Origin: Ascidiella aspersa
Taxonomy: Eukaryota
NCBI GenBank assembly: GCA_963924565.1
Contig: OZ004607.1
Location: 10,354,001-10,418,000 of the forward strand
Direction of reading: 5' to 3'
DNA: 64,000 bases
Below the pieces are notes generated by a model. That model was not told the origin of the DNA. It did no database searches and saw only the letters and a list, made by a program, of their open reading frames with translations. A program made the translations under genes and the position numbers. The number at the start of each line of letters is the position of its first letter. Position 1 is the first letter of the stretch. Shown here piece by piece: positions 1 to 12,800 of this stretch.

Positions 1-3000
1 GTAGTGCAGTGCTATACACTGCTGGGTGCTCTTAAGCAAACACGCAAAAACAGACTGTTCTCCGTGAAAATTTTTCAGTGATTTACTTCTAAATTTTTCA
101 AACAGTTGCCACTTGCTCTGCTTCACCGACCCTGACACAAGGGACTTTCCCTCCGGCCCCTATTGGTGGCTACACAGGCACAGTGTCAATCACGTGCAAC
201 ACTGGGTATGCGGTAGCTGCTGCTTCGTCGTGTTCTTCCCGTTGTATTGCGACAGACACCTGGAATCCTGCTTCGCTCTCTTGCATTGGTAATGCATTAC
301 CGTTTCTTTTCATAAACGTAGTTTGAGGTAATAGAAGTAAACGATCTTTTGTACACTAAGATTTAAATATTGTTTAATTTGCGTTGCAAAGATCAACAGT
401 TTATAAGAAGGCGTGTACGAAAAAAAAAGGTGAAAAACATTAAATAAACTAGTATTAATAAGGTCAAGGTCTTACTAAGCTCGAGGAGATTTGTTGTTTG
501 TTTTCTGTTGATTTTTTGATATAGTTGAACAAATATGCGAGTTATTTTAAGTTTCAAGGGTATTACGCTGTGTACTGTGAAAATCAAAGTTTTTTGCTCC
601 TGCCAGGACCTTGTCATTTCTCTATAAAACCTCTAAATGAACGATACTGTTACTAATATCCAGTTTTAATGCCTTTTTTATATTTGTTTTTTGTCCTCAT
701 CTTTCTATTATTGTAGTTTATTCTATAATATTTGTACTTTATCTAAAACAATTATAACATATAAAAAAGGCGTGTTTACTAAACTAAATGTATATTGGTT
801 AGAATTGTATAATCATATTAACCGTCATTCCTAAAAGGCACAGTCACTAAATAAATTAGTAATAATTAAGGTCAACAAATTAACAAATTCTTAACAAGGT
901 CTTACTGCGCACGAGGAGAGTTTCCTGTTTGATAAGTTGAATAACTGTGCAACTGAGTTTGAGTTTCAAGTGTATTATGCTATGTAACTGCAGCAAATCA
1001 AAGTTTTATGCTACTGTCTTTACTATAGGACCTTGTCATTTAACTTTAAAACCGTTAAAATAACGGCACTATTCCTAAATGAATATACAATGTCCCTGCT
1101 AATATTTGTTTATATCGTCTTATTTATATTTTACATTTTATTCCGTAATATTTGTACTTTCCTTAAAATAACAATATCAAATATATTTACAGCTATCGAA
1201 TGCGCGGCGTTGACGATAATCGACGGGGTTGGAACTACTGGAATAACAGCCTACAACGAATCAATAACTGTTACTTGCAATGCTGGTTACGTTTTATCTG
1301 GAACAGCCAACTTAACATGCGACGGAACCAAATCTATCAACTGGTCGGCTGCTCTACCCACATGTGTTGGTCAGTTTAACAATTTAAACTTATATAGATT
1401 TTAATTAGTTTAAAGGAACCAAGCACGGACAACAATTAGCGCAAAATGGAAAACGTATATTAATTAACTATAGTGAGCAACAGCACATTTTCAGCCTGCT
1501 GGTAAGAAGTCGTCATAAGACATTGACTTCCAAAGCTGTTAACAAACACAATTACTGTATATCACAACTTGCCCATGTCGCACATACGCAGCAGAAACAG
1601 TGATTTGCTCAGTATTTCAAAAAGTGTATTGCCATATCTTCGGCCTAATTTACATTTGTACAATTCGTAAAGTTTTGACTTGGATTACGATTGGTGGACT
1701 GAATTAAAAGAACAAAAGAGAACGTAGACGTAAACCAAATAAAGGTTGTGACTTGATTGTTAACGTTGACCAAAATGTGGTTGGAAATTTGAAATCAAAT
1801 CAGTAGTGGTCCAGACCAATTCCCTTGAAAACCTGTTTCCACTAAGAAGTAAGCCCTATCACGCAGGTAGGGTCCAAGATATTAAGTGCACACACCAGAA
1901 GGAAACGTTCCTTCCTTTTTCGTGGTAATTATTAAATAGTACTTAAGTAATAACTTAAAGTTGTAGTTATTTAATCACCCCAAATCCAGCTTTCGCCGAG
2001 AAACTAAAACGGAACTTCACTGACCTTAAGCAGCGTAGTAAGTGTTAAGTAGTTATTTTCCCCTTTTATTTAAAGCTAAGTTTTTCGGTTCAAATGCTAT
2101 AATACTGATGTTATAAATCAGCAAACATGTAATATACAAGCAAATATTAATTGCGAAATCACAAATTTGTAAAAGGATTACTTATACAGCTACAAATGTA
2201 GGCCTACTGTTGTACTTGCAGCTGCCTGCACTGCTCTACCTGGCGTTGCCCAAGGAACACTTTCACCCAATGCTCTCCCTGCTTCTGGTGGTTTTACGGA
2301 CGGTGATACAGTCACAGTGACTTGCAATTCTGGGTTCGCTACTTCTACACCAACATCGACTTGTACAGTTGCAACCAACACCTGGTCACCATCAACATTG
2401 ACATGCACAGGTAAAACATCCCATTTGTTTAAAAATAGGAGCAATGCAAATAAGTGACAAGGTTGGGCGATACGTCGCTTCGGTTTACACCTGTGATAAA
2501 AGTTAGCCAAAACGTTCCGGATCGGCGTTACGGTAAACGAATTGCTACCGGAACGGGGTTCCACTAAAAACCTTTTGCAGATATACGCTGTGTCGGTAAA
2601 AATGTTTTTCTTATCAAAACCATCGCACCAACTCTTTTAATTTATTTACCAAAGATTTCAGTGGCACATTTGTGCACGACATCGAACGATAACCTCAGGT
2701 GTTCTAAGGTTACTTGTTTAGTACGTCCCGTAATGACGTCACTTTGTGACGTCATCTCTGGAATGTTGATGCGTTCCAGTAAGAAAATATTTTATTGTTT
2801 CGGTAAAACAAGTTTTCTACTTACACCCCTGGTTTACACTGAACAGTACAGATTGAAAAATAGAAATTTAAACATCAACAATTTTAGATTATTTTGGTTA
2901 CATAAGCAATCGGTGTTTAGTGTCTGTTTTAAAATGAAGCGAAAGTGGGACAAGAGTAAATATTTTAAGTTAATTGCTTTGACTTAAAAGCTACGGTTTA

Positions 3001-4600
3001 CATTTAAAGTGTACCAGACCTCTGGTTATTTAGGAGATATTGACCGATTTCATTGGTTAGTATTAAATATTGCGATAATTTGTTCCCTAAGTATAAGTAA
3101 TTAAAAAATGGTAATATTTTTTAAACGATTAATAAAATGATTAATTTTATATTTGTCTTTTTTTCGTTTTTTGTGTGAGTTGTACTACTTAAATCGATAG
3201 TTTTTCTTTCGGGGCAACATAGTACCAATAGTGCAATGCTAAACTGTACTATTATTCTAGCTCGCAAAAACCGACTCAATTTTTCATGAACAATTTTCAA
3301 TGATTCAGTTTCCAAATATTTCAAACAGTTGCAACTTGCGCCGCTCCACCGACCCTGACACAAGGGACTTTCCCTTCGGTCCCTCCTGGTGGCTACACAG
3401 GGAGGATGATAATCACGTGCAACTCTGGATATGAGGCTAGTTCGTCGTATTCTGCGAGTTGTATTGCGACAGACACCTGGAATCCGACTTCACTGACTTG
3501 CATTGGTAATGCTTTAGCGTTTCTTGACATAAGCATAGTTAGATGTAATAGAAGTAAACGATCTTACGTACCCTAATATTTAAATATGTTTAATTTGTGT
3601 TCCAAAGGTTACGCAACAGTTTATAATAAGGGGTGTTTACTGAACTAAATCCATATTAGTTAGAACTGTATAATCAGATATTTATCTGCTATATTTAACC
3701 GTCAATCATAAAAGGAAAAAACACCAAATAAACTTGTATTATTAAGGCTAACAAATTAACGAATACATAAGAAGGTCTTATTGAGCACGAGAAGAGTTTT
3801 CTTTTAGACATAGTTGAATAACTGTGCAAGTGAGTTTGAGTTTCAAGGGTCTGTGTAACTGTGACAAACCAAAGTTATATGCTACTGTCTTTACTAAGAC
3901 CTTGGCATTTAACTTTAAAGCGTTAGCTGAACGGTACTATTCCTAAATCGATATACAATGCCCTTTCTTAGGTTTGTTTTTTTATCCTCATCTTTCTATT
4001 TTTGCATTTTTGCATTTCATTCTTACATATTTGTACTTTCCGTAAAATAACAATATCACATACTTATGTACAATATACATTGTACAGCTATCGAATGCGA
4101 GGCGTTGACAATAACCAATGGAGTTGGAACTTCTGGTAAAACAGCTTTCAACGCAGTCATAACTGTTACTTGCAATGCTGGTTACGTTTTATCTGGAAAT
4201 TCCACCTTAGTATGCGACGGAACCGAATCTAACAACTGGTCGGCTGCTCTACCCACATGTGTTGGTGAGTTACAGTTTAAATTTGCAAGGTTAAAATTTA
4301 TGTTTTAACGTGCGAAACAAAAAAGACAATATACGGTAAAAAAGGTATTTTTCCTGAGTTTCCAAATAAATAGTTTTTCCAACAGTTGCCACTTGCGCCG
4401 CTCCACCGACCCTGACAAACGGGACTTTCCCAACTATCCCTTCTGGTGGCTACACAGGCACAGTGTTAATCATCTGCAAAACTGGGTATAAGGTATCTGC
4501 TGGTTCGTCGTATTCTGCGCGATGTATTGCGACAGACTCCTGGAATCCGACTTCACTGACTTGCATTGGTAATGTACTAGCGTTCCTTCCATAAGAATAG
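1..4600 (+). repeat. Tandem segmental duplication of Sushi exon-intron units (A-B-C-A'-B'-A'')
   Basis: Exons 106-288, 3329-3505 and 4386-4568 are near copies (VATC.A.PTLT.GTFP...CIATD.WNP.SL.CI). Exons 1193-1369 and 4088-4264 are near copies (AIEC.ALTI..GVG...NWSAALPTCV). Flanking introns also align: 289-1192 with 3506-4087, and 1-105 with ~3230-3328. ~440-760 is an extra internal copy of ~850-1190. Confidence 0.9.
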
Positions 4601-7600
4601 TTTAAATTAATTGGTTTGCTCATTTCAATTTGCCCAACATATAGGGTCTTTACTAAATCAGATTTTGTCATACGAGATAATGTTGTTTGTATGGTTATAA
4701 CTTTTCTTGATTCTGACAAGCTTTTTAACGAGTTTATTTTAATTTCAGGTTAAGGTTAAATAAAACGCTCTTCATGTGACCTTGTCTGGCTATAAGATCC
4801 GCTTTAAAAATCTAACGCTTTATCAGGTATCCTTAAAACAAATGCTTAGTTTATAATTTACGAATCTGACTTTATAAAGCCGTATATTGTCTGTGAAACG
4901 TTTTTTAATCAATTTTAACTAAAATCTAATTGCCATGCTTTACAGAAATCTCATGTACGGCCTTGGATGTTACCAATGGAGCTATCATCCCTTCTTCCAA
5001 TCTCACGTATATGAAAATGGTATTTGTGACATGTAATTTCGGGTTTAAGTTAAATGGATCAGCCTCCCTAAAATGTGATGGATCACTGGGTGATAACTAC
5101 AACGTGACAGCCCCTACGTGCAATGGTACGCTGAACTATGCTCTATTTACAAAGGCAACAATATACGATAGCGTGTTTTCGAACAACGTAGGCCTATATG
5201 CAAATGCATTGCGAAAGTCATATAACACCTTCAAAGTATATTGAACTCTATTGATTTCCTACTGAAAGATAAATTACCTTCAAAATCACCGTTTTACTTA
5301 AACCAGCTGCGTATACCAACGTTTATATAAACTTACTAGCATAGTAGTTAGCAAGACGATGTATTTACTTCTAACATTCACTGTATTTAAATCGTCCTGA
5401 CTCTTTGACCAGGTTACTGCCGAAATTATTTTTGCTTTACCATATTGCTCTTTTTACTATTTCATTGCAGACATTGATGAGTGCAGCGATGGCTCAGACA
5501 ACTGCACCAGCAACGCAGTTTGCACAAACACGGCCGACGGTTTCAATTGTGCTTGCTTTACTGGATACATCAAAGATAAAAAGGGAAGTTGCATAGGTAA
5601 TCTTTACCCGATAAAGAAAAATGTAACTATTAAACAGTTGGACTTGAAAACGAATATGAAACAAGTTTAGTAGTGCTTTTTGTGGTTTAGTGAAAATGTA
5701 TTCATTAATTAAAAAGCATCATTTCTAAAAGAGATTGACGGTATAAAACCGCAAAAATAAAATATATAAGTCCTGCAAATCTGTCGCTTAGAAATACATC
5801 AACAAGAGTAGAGTTATTTAATATTAAAATCTATTGATACTTAGAATAAGTGCACCCTTGTTGGTCAGTGTGACTTAGGAAAGGCCAATTGGCATGCAGT
5901 TATATATGTGTACAATTAGATCAGGGGTTCTTGAACTGGGGTCCATGGCGGTGCGTGAACTAGTTTTAGGGGGTCCGTGAACGTCTATTTGAAATATTTC
6001 TTATTATTTAAGAGGTAATCATTTTATCAAAGAAAACAGTTTGTTTAAAAAATAACGTTTTTGCACCGAATGTATTTAGACTCCATTTCACTTTCCAATT
6101 TTTGGACCGAAATCCGCATATTTATATAGTCTATTTGTAGGCCTACTGTGACGAAAATTTTGATGTCATTTTTGAAACTTTTTGTTTACCGTGATTCACG
6201 CGAGGTGTATCCCTGACTATTGTAACGCTATTGTATTTTGCGTTCCAGCTCTTTACGTTCACGAGTTCAGTCAACACCTCTCGCCAGATGCAATCACAAT
6301 TCATGACAAAAGCTTGAAACAGCGATTGGCATCTTCTCTGCTGCCAGCATTTAGCCACGGAAACCCGAACATAAAAAAAATAATCGTAATTGAAATCACC
6401 AGCAATGCTACGAGGTTTGTTTTGGTTGTATTGAAACGTCCGTTTATCGCCGATACCCGATCCTAAGGCGTATAATCGTGTGCGGAAAGTGAATTTTAAT
6501 GAACGTATGATTATTGAAGTTAATAGCACAAGACAACTAAACGTTTTTTCTCTACTGTAATTTCCCACTTAACAACTCGGTTTTGCAAAAGCTACGAAGT
6601 ATCGAACCGCACTAGTTAAGGCTACTGGAATTACAAATCTTGCTTATTGATTGTTTGGGTAAATATGACGAAAATGTGGTATTGGTTTTGTGAAGCAATT
6701 TTTTGTTTGCGAAAACACTTCATCTACATGTGACGTCACGATTTATCCGTGTTATGCTCCGCTACTAAGGAATGTTTGCCCATCAATTTATTTGTAGTTT
6801 TCCAGTAAAAGTATATGAACATCTTTCTAAAGACAAAAAGTTATAAACGCCACTTTGGTCAGATCTTAAATAAAAATCTCGATTAGAAACAACAAAAAAC
6901 TCACATTATTGTCAAACAACAATTATTAAATATCTGTGAATTCATAGACCATTTTATCCTTTGTTAAACGTAGGCATTTATTTGTAAACAATATTAACAA
7001 CTAATGAAGGTGACTGTTTGCAGATATCTTGTTCAACTTTCCGGCTGGCAACAACCAAATTCTAAGCTGCTTCAAAGTTACCTCGAGTACAGAAATTCCA
7101 ACTCAGTTCCTTGGGTGTCCGGATTCCCAAATAGCTGTGAGTCGTCTTTACGAGTAGAATGAGTAGCAAATGATTTTCAACTGACCTTTTCACATTTCAA
7201 CCAAGAAGTCGGCTAATAGCTTAAATTGCCATTTAAAGACATACAAGAAGTCGGCTAATACCTTTGCCATTTAAAGACATACACGGCTAATAGAATGCCA
7301 TTTAAAGACATTCATAACCTATCTTAATTATACGCTCACTCAAACACGTTATTTAATAAATTCCACTCGTTTAAAATGATATTTAAACTTTTGCGACAAA
7401 CGTTTTACGACCAAATTTACAGCTTTTTGTCGGGGACAAGTTTACAACGGTTTCCACTTTCCAGCAACGGCTGTCGGGAAACTGAGCTACTCTGGAGAAA
7501 TCTGTCCCAACGGTATGTCTAGTAGCCTTCTAAAATTTTGATACAAAATAATTGTTAAGTGATCTGGCGATCCTGAAGTCGCACTGATTAACGATAACGA

Positions 7601-9815
7601 CCGCACAAACAGACCGAACGCTCTCCTAAGGATTATAAAAATCTGCTGGCCTACCAGAACCGGTATCGGACTCGTGACTGCATACTTTGTAAAACTATCG
7701 AGCAGTGGTAATGGATTAATCAAGTTGCATGTAGACATGTGCGGCATAGCAACCACTACTTCTCAAACTACTCAATAGTATGACAACGAAACATTAGTGT
7801 CCCAATTCTCTTCACAGACGTTGTTTTAAGCAAACAGATTAGCATTATTAATTTAGATTTAAATTATTTGACCCGCATTATTAATTTAGATTCAAATTAT
7901 TTCATTTTTTCGGAAATCTTTTCAGAATAAATCTCAACATATCGTATAATTTGATTTACTGTAGTCGGCGACCCAACCAAATAAAACGGTAAACCAATTT
8001 TGAGTGGTGACCCATGGGCTGTGAAACACTACAATGATATGTAATACCTATATCTATGTATACATTAATAAACCGTTTATTAAATGATATATAAGTGGTG
8101 GCCGTTTTGTTGTTTCCAGGTTATTCTCAGGCTTCTATAAGTTGTAGACCCCATCAATACATCACCATACATGGACAGCTGCAAACTTCCCAATTCGACA
8201 ACTCTAGTTTCGCAAATGTAAGCTGCCAACTCAAGATAAACGACATTAAGGTAAACTGGAAGCCAATTTATCATGAATAAACTGAATGCAATTTAGTTTT
8301 AGGTGATGACTTAACTGTAGTGTAGCGCCTTATTAAATTTGCTTAAGGTGTTCAAAATTTTCTTTTGAATAAAATAACCTGCCTGAATCCGAATGTTGAA
8401 CAACAAACGATTTCCTGATACACATGGCAACTTAGTACGGAACAAAACGAAAATCAGCTGATTTGGAAAAAACAATATATTTCTCTACGAGCATGATCAG
8501 TATTTTACAAAATAGGTCATTTGGGATTGGTCTTCTGTACAGCATCATAGTGTTTTACAACATGGTGATAGTCGGCCACTGTTGGAAGTATACTTATGAG
8601 TTAGCGTTGCCATCTTGGTTAAATAGAAAACTGCATAACGCAGGGTGAAGTGATTGGACGGGCTCGCAAAGATTATCTATTTTTGAATAATCTTTAAGGC
8701 AAAATACAATTGTTATACGATGTTTGTAAGATATGCGTTAATCTCTGTATGCGTTAATCCTGAAATCCCTTTAGGATTAACTGGGAGTATACATAACGAA
8801 GCATTGTAGACGGAATATCATTCAACAACAAATAATATATTTGATTTACCCATAATTAGTAACGTGTATGTAAAAAAACGTAATTTCACTAAGATACAAC
8901 TTGCAGGTTAACGCGACGGCGATGACCCAAGCTTCTGTGGAAAAGAGTGCGAATAACTTACAACTGATCACTTCAGGATCATCGAACCTTACAGCAGAAG
9001 AGAAAACTGTGATCTTCAATTTCGTCAATTCAGTCAGTCAGGGGGCACAAGCGGGAAATATCAACGTGAGCTACTGTTACCTACTTAGCAACTATAATTT
9101 AACATTATGGCTTTTTGACAGCACAGTAAAAAAATAACGGTGACCTCCGTGACAACTTCGCAGAAAATATGCCACAAATTTGCTTAGCGGCAACAAAACA
9201 TGATTTAACTAACATAATCATCATTTAACGTAGCGATGCAAAACTAGGCTAACAAAGTTACACTCTTTTGTTTAATATAATGCCTAAACTGATTTCAATT
9301 TCTGTGTTTTTAGGGAGCATTCTAAATTAAAGATGCAAATAATTTATTTTTTGTGTTTTATAAATTAGGTTAAGGTTTTTATGCACCAGATTGTTTTTGT
9401 TTCAACACTGGCAAGATAAATCAACGATACACTATTTTTAACAATATTTTATTCAAGTTGCTTTAATTGTGTATTTAGTAAAAGACTGATATCTATAAAT
9501 TTCGACCTTCATAACTTATTCATTTTATAGGTCACAACATCATTGCTAACGGACATTGTGGCCACAACATCCCACGTGGTTGAATCAATCTCGAGCGAAG
9601 CGATACGAAAAACTGGCTTCACTGTTAAGATGAGTCAAAACCTTCTGAAATCACTTAACTTACTTGCACATGCGGTCAAACTGGACAGCAACACTTCTTC
9701 AGTGCTGGAAGTTGCAACTGAGTCCATAACTCTTAAGGTTAGGAGATTGATAAGCGCGTTAGCTCGGCCTGGTAATTTAATCTATGCACATATATCCGAA
9801 AACGTCGAGTTTAAA

Positions 9816-9849
<34 letters not shown>

Positions 9850-12800
9850 ACCATAATTGCTAATAAATCCTGGTAGGCCTAGGGCAGGAGTTTCGGATAG
9901 CGTTCACGCGAATGTCAGGATACATCAAAAAAGTTGATATTTTGGCCATTTCAAAGCAGTGTCTCTTACTGTACCTCTAATTCTTTTTTTAATTTATTTA
10001 GGAAGTGAGCTAAAAATTGCTTTAGTCAATCGATTGATGGATTTTCGGCACTTTGCAAATATAACGCTAGGGTGTATAAAAGGGTGGGCAAAGTAATATT
10101 ATTTTTACCCAAAGGTGTCCGAACACAGTTTACAGTCAGCTGCCTCGGGCTTGTGGTTCGCTCCAGTGGAACAAGTTCGTGCTGACAGTAGTGACGTTTT
10201 CGCCATGAATCTGTCTCTCCCCAGCTCTGCATTGTCGCAAGCCAGTGAGAAAACCAACCAGTCAAAGCTGAGGAGCGTGTTTTTCCTGTACAAGGGAGAT
10301 TCTCTCTTTCCGTCCGAAAATAAAGTGAACTGGGTAAAAACGTTGATAATGGAGTCAGCAGGTGTTGATATTGTCGCGGTGTTAAAGAGTAGCAATAACC
10401 ATCATACTTTTAGCCATGTGCTATCAAAAAGAGATATGAAGTACAGTGTTCTCGATCCTTTAGCAAGAGGAAACACCCATGCATTTCTAAGGATTAAAAA
10501 AGCACGCCATAGGCCTTTTAGTTTTAGGCAACAATTTAGCTTACTGGTGTGCAATTGATTGCCAGACCTAAATAAACGAGATACCATAGTGACAATAACT
10601 ACAGTTGAATGTGTTAAAAGTTAATAGATAAACCTAACACCTTTCAAGCAAGCTTTTGTTCTTATTTAAAGATTAAAAAACGTTGGTAAATGTTAGGTTG
10701 TGTCAAACTATATTGGGCATGTTTCTACAGGTTATATCTGGTGAGCTTGGTAACGGCATTGGTTTAAAGAATCTTAATCCACCAGTTTCCATAAAATCCG
10801 GGAAAGAAAAAACTAGACACGGACAAAAACTACCCCTAACTAAATTAAAGGTAAGTAATATAAACGCAAACATCTTGAGGCAATTTAGCACGAGACAGCA
10901 GTAAAAAACAAGTTTGTTCTGGTTCAACAAACAAGTTTTCCTTTAGAAAAACAATGGTTTGTAAATCACCTTATTTTTTTCCCATCAACTTAAATATTAG
11001 CCCGCATGGCATCTCGGCTACGGGTTGGTTTGTTTTTTTAACCCTCCTGTTTGTTTTTAAACTCTTTACATCTTTGTTTCGACAGGTGAAAAAAATAGAT
11101 CAAAAATGTGCTTACTGGGATTTTAAAGCCGTCGCTTGGAAGACCGATGGATGTTGTCTTGACAATAAAGCTAATTCTCCAGTTTGCAAATGCAATCATC
11201 TCACCAACTTTGCTCTTTTAGTGGTACGAATTCCAAGTGAAATTTATATAAAAAGTTGGACATACTATCGAGTCTTTTCAATTATGACATCCAAACAATA
11301 TTCCTGCTAAACAATAGCGAATATTTGAAAACTAAAGCCTTGATTTTCACACCCATAGAACTCCTACGTTTAATATCTGACATCATCTTAATAAATAAGT
11401 TTTTGTTTCAGTCTAAAATTGAGGTTCCGGCAGATGTAGCGCTCGCAACAGTCAGTGACGTGGGTTGCGCACTTTCAATACTTGGTTTCTGTGCAACTGT
11501 GGTGCTGTATCTTATAAACAAGTTAGTTACGTTTCGTATGTAGCGTTACTTCGGTACAAGTATTTTTCAAGGACTGTTGTTAATTTGTATGCAAATAAGA
11601 TCAGCATGAGTTTTAGCGTCTGTTATAAAAATTATCCCGGTTAATTTACCAATGGTCAGGAAAAAATAAATCCCCATAATGTGGGTGTATCTATTTTATT
11701 GCGTTGCTATATATAACTCATAAAGTACTTTTTTTCCAATTTTGCAGAGAACTTCGCAAAAAAGTCACCAACCAGATCCAGCTGCACATTTACATCAACC
11801 TAACAGTTGCCTATCTTCTATTTCTTTTTGGCATTGAAATGGTTGCTAACAACGAGGCCTGTACGACTATCTGTGCCTTGATGCAATTAAGCTTTCTAAC
11901 GGCCTGGCTTTGGATGGCAGTCTACAGCAACAAGCTTTACAAGTCCTTTACCAATGTAAAACAATTTCCATTTGTTTTGTTTAGGATTAAAGGAAACTTA
12001 CGTGACATTATATGGACTATGCATAACTTTAACAAGTTGAATTTTATAGAGATATTAGGCAGAATGAGCATTTAATTTTAAAGTTTTAAAAATTTTGTTT
12101 CACTATAATTTTATATATGGTAGACATTTGTTACAAACATTTTATATTATTGTTTCGGACAATCAACATAAGCAAAATCTTCGGACAGCCGACATATCAA
12201 TTTCTCAATTATCACTTATTTTGCGAAGTATATTCCATCCAACAAGTACAGTAAGTTTTATTAACGAGCAACCTCGACTGGAAAAAGTTTAAACCACTAG
12301 AAATAAGTTTGTAAACCAGCAGAACTTATTTAACACTTGAGTTAAAAACAGAATCAAATATTGGTTTTTACTTGATGCAGCTTGTCAATTCCACTTCTGG
12401 TAACTACATTATAAAGGCGGGTTTGTTTTCCTACGGAATTCCTATTGTAATTGTTGGATGCAACCTTTGTCTCACACAACTATACTTTGACAAGCAACAG
12501 CAAAACAAAAACCTGTGCGTAAAAGGTAAAAAAATGTTGGTTTGCAAGATATTTGTTTTTTACTGGTTTGCAAGATATTTGTTATACGGAAACGAATTCT
12601 TAAACACTTTTTGAAAACTCTTCGTGGAAAACATAGTTAATTTCGTTTAATATTAAAGGTACGTTTAGGTTTAGGTCAGACCATGAGTGGCAATTGTTTT
12701 AAAATGGCTTTATGAAGACCTAGTTTGTTCGAAGGTGAGCAGAAGCAGTGTTTTTAAAGGAGATTTTAGGGATTGAAATGGTATATCAAAATTGCGAACA

